DNA from: Chiloscyllium plagiosum
Taxonomy: Eukaryota
Length of the DNA: 64,000 nucleotides
NCBI RefSeq assembly: GCF_004010195.1
Contig: NC_057717.1
Span: forward strand, 69,451,573-69,515,572
Direction of reading: 5' to 3'
Shown here: piece by piece, positions 63,913 through 64,000 of the stretch
Position numbering within the stretch: the stretch's first letter is position 1
Layout: the number at the start of each line of letters is the position of its first letter
Program-made: the position numbers and the translations under genes
Notes under the pieces: model-generated
Database searches by the model: none
What the model was told of the DNA's origin: nothing
What the model saw: only the letters and a program-made list of their open reading frames with translations

Positions 63913-64000
63913 GACTTTGCATACAAACAAACAAAAACCTGCATTATTCTAAATATTCAGAACCACTGACAAAATGAAGTCGCGATAAATCTTCATCACA

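Overview
Repeat-rich cartilaginous-fish (shark) genomic DNA; the IgM sequences and the CR1/HE1/Penelope repeats suggest a carpet or bamboo-type shark (inference). There are four N-gaps: 9046-9621, 22183-22682, 23993-24128 and 43264-43763. Main content: (1) a two-exon GPR139/142-like class A GPCR gene (7140-9758, +, interrupted by a gap). (2) Two IgM heavy-chain miniclusters in convergent, tail-to-tail orientation, forming a ~11-13 kb inverted segmental duplication. The + cluster has leader, VH with 23-RSS, D1 with 12/22-RSS and CH1-CH3, but has lost D2 and JH. The - cluster has JH with 23-RSS and CH1-CH4; its V and D would lie beyond the window end. Both are pseudogenes: they share one CH1 frameshift deletion and carry independent later lesions. 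(3) Many CR1 LINE fragments, HE1-type SINEs and Penelope-like element (PLE) pieces. The PLE terminal repeats carry minimal hammerhead-ribozyme motifs and often form fold-back palindromes. (4) Two decayed tRNA pseudogenes. Most notable: a G-rich tandem repeat upstream of CH1 that resembles a switch region; a copy-specific PLE insertion whose 45-bp minisatellite derives from its own RT-thumb coding sequence; hammerhead-bearing palindromic mini-elements; and several templated-insertion scars. All alignments were made by eye, and repeat boundaries are approximate.
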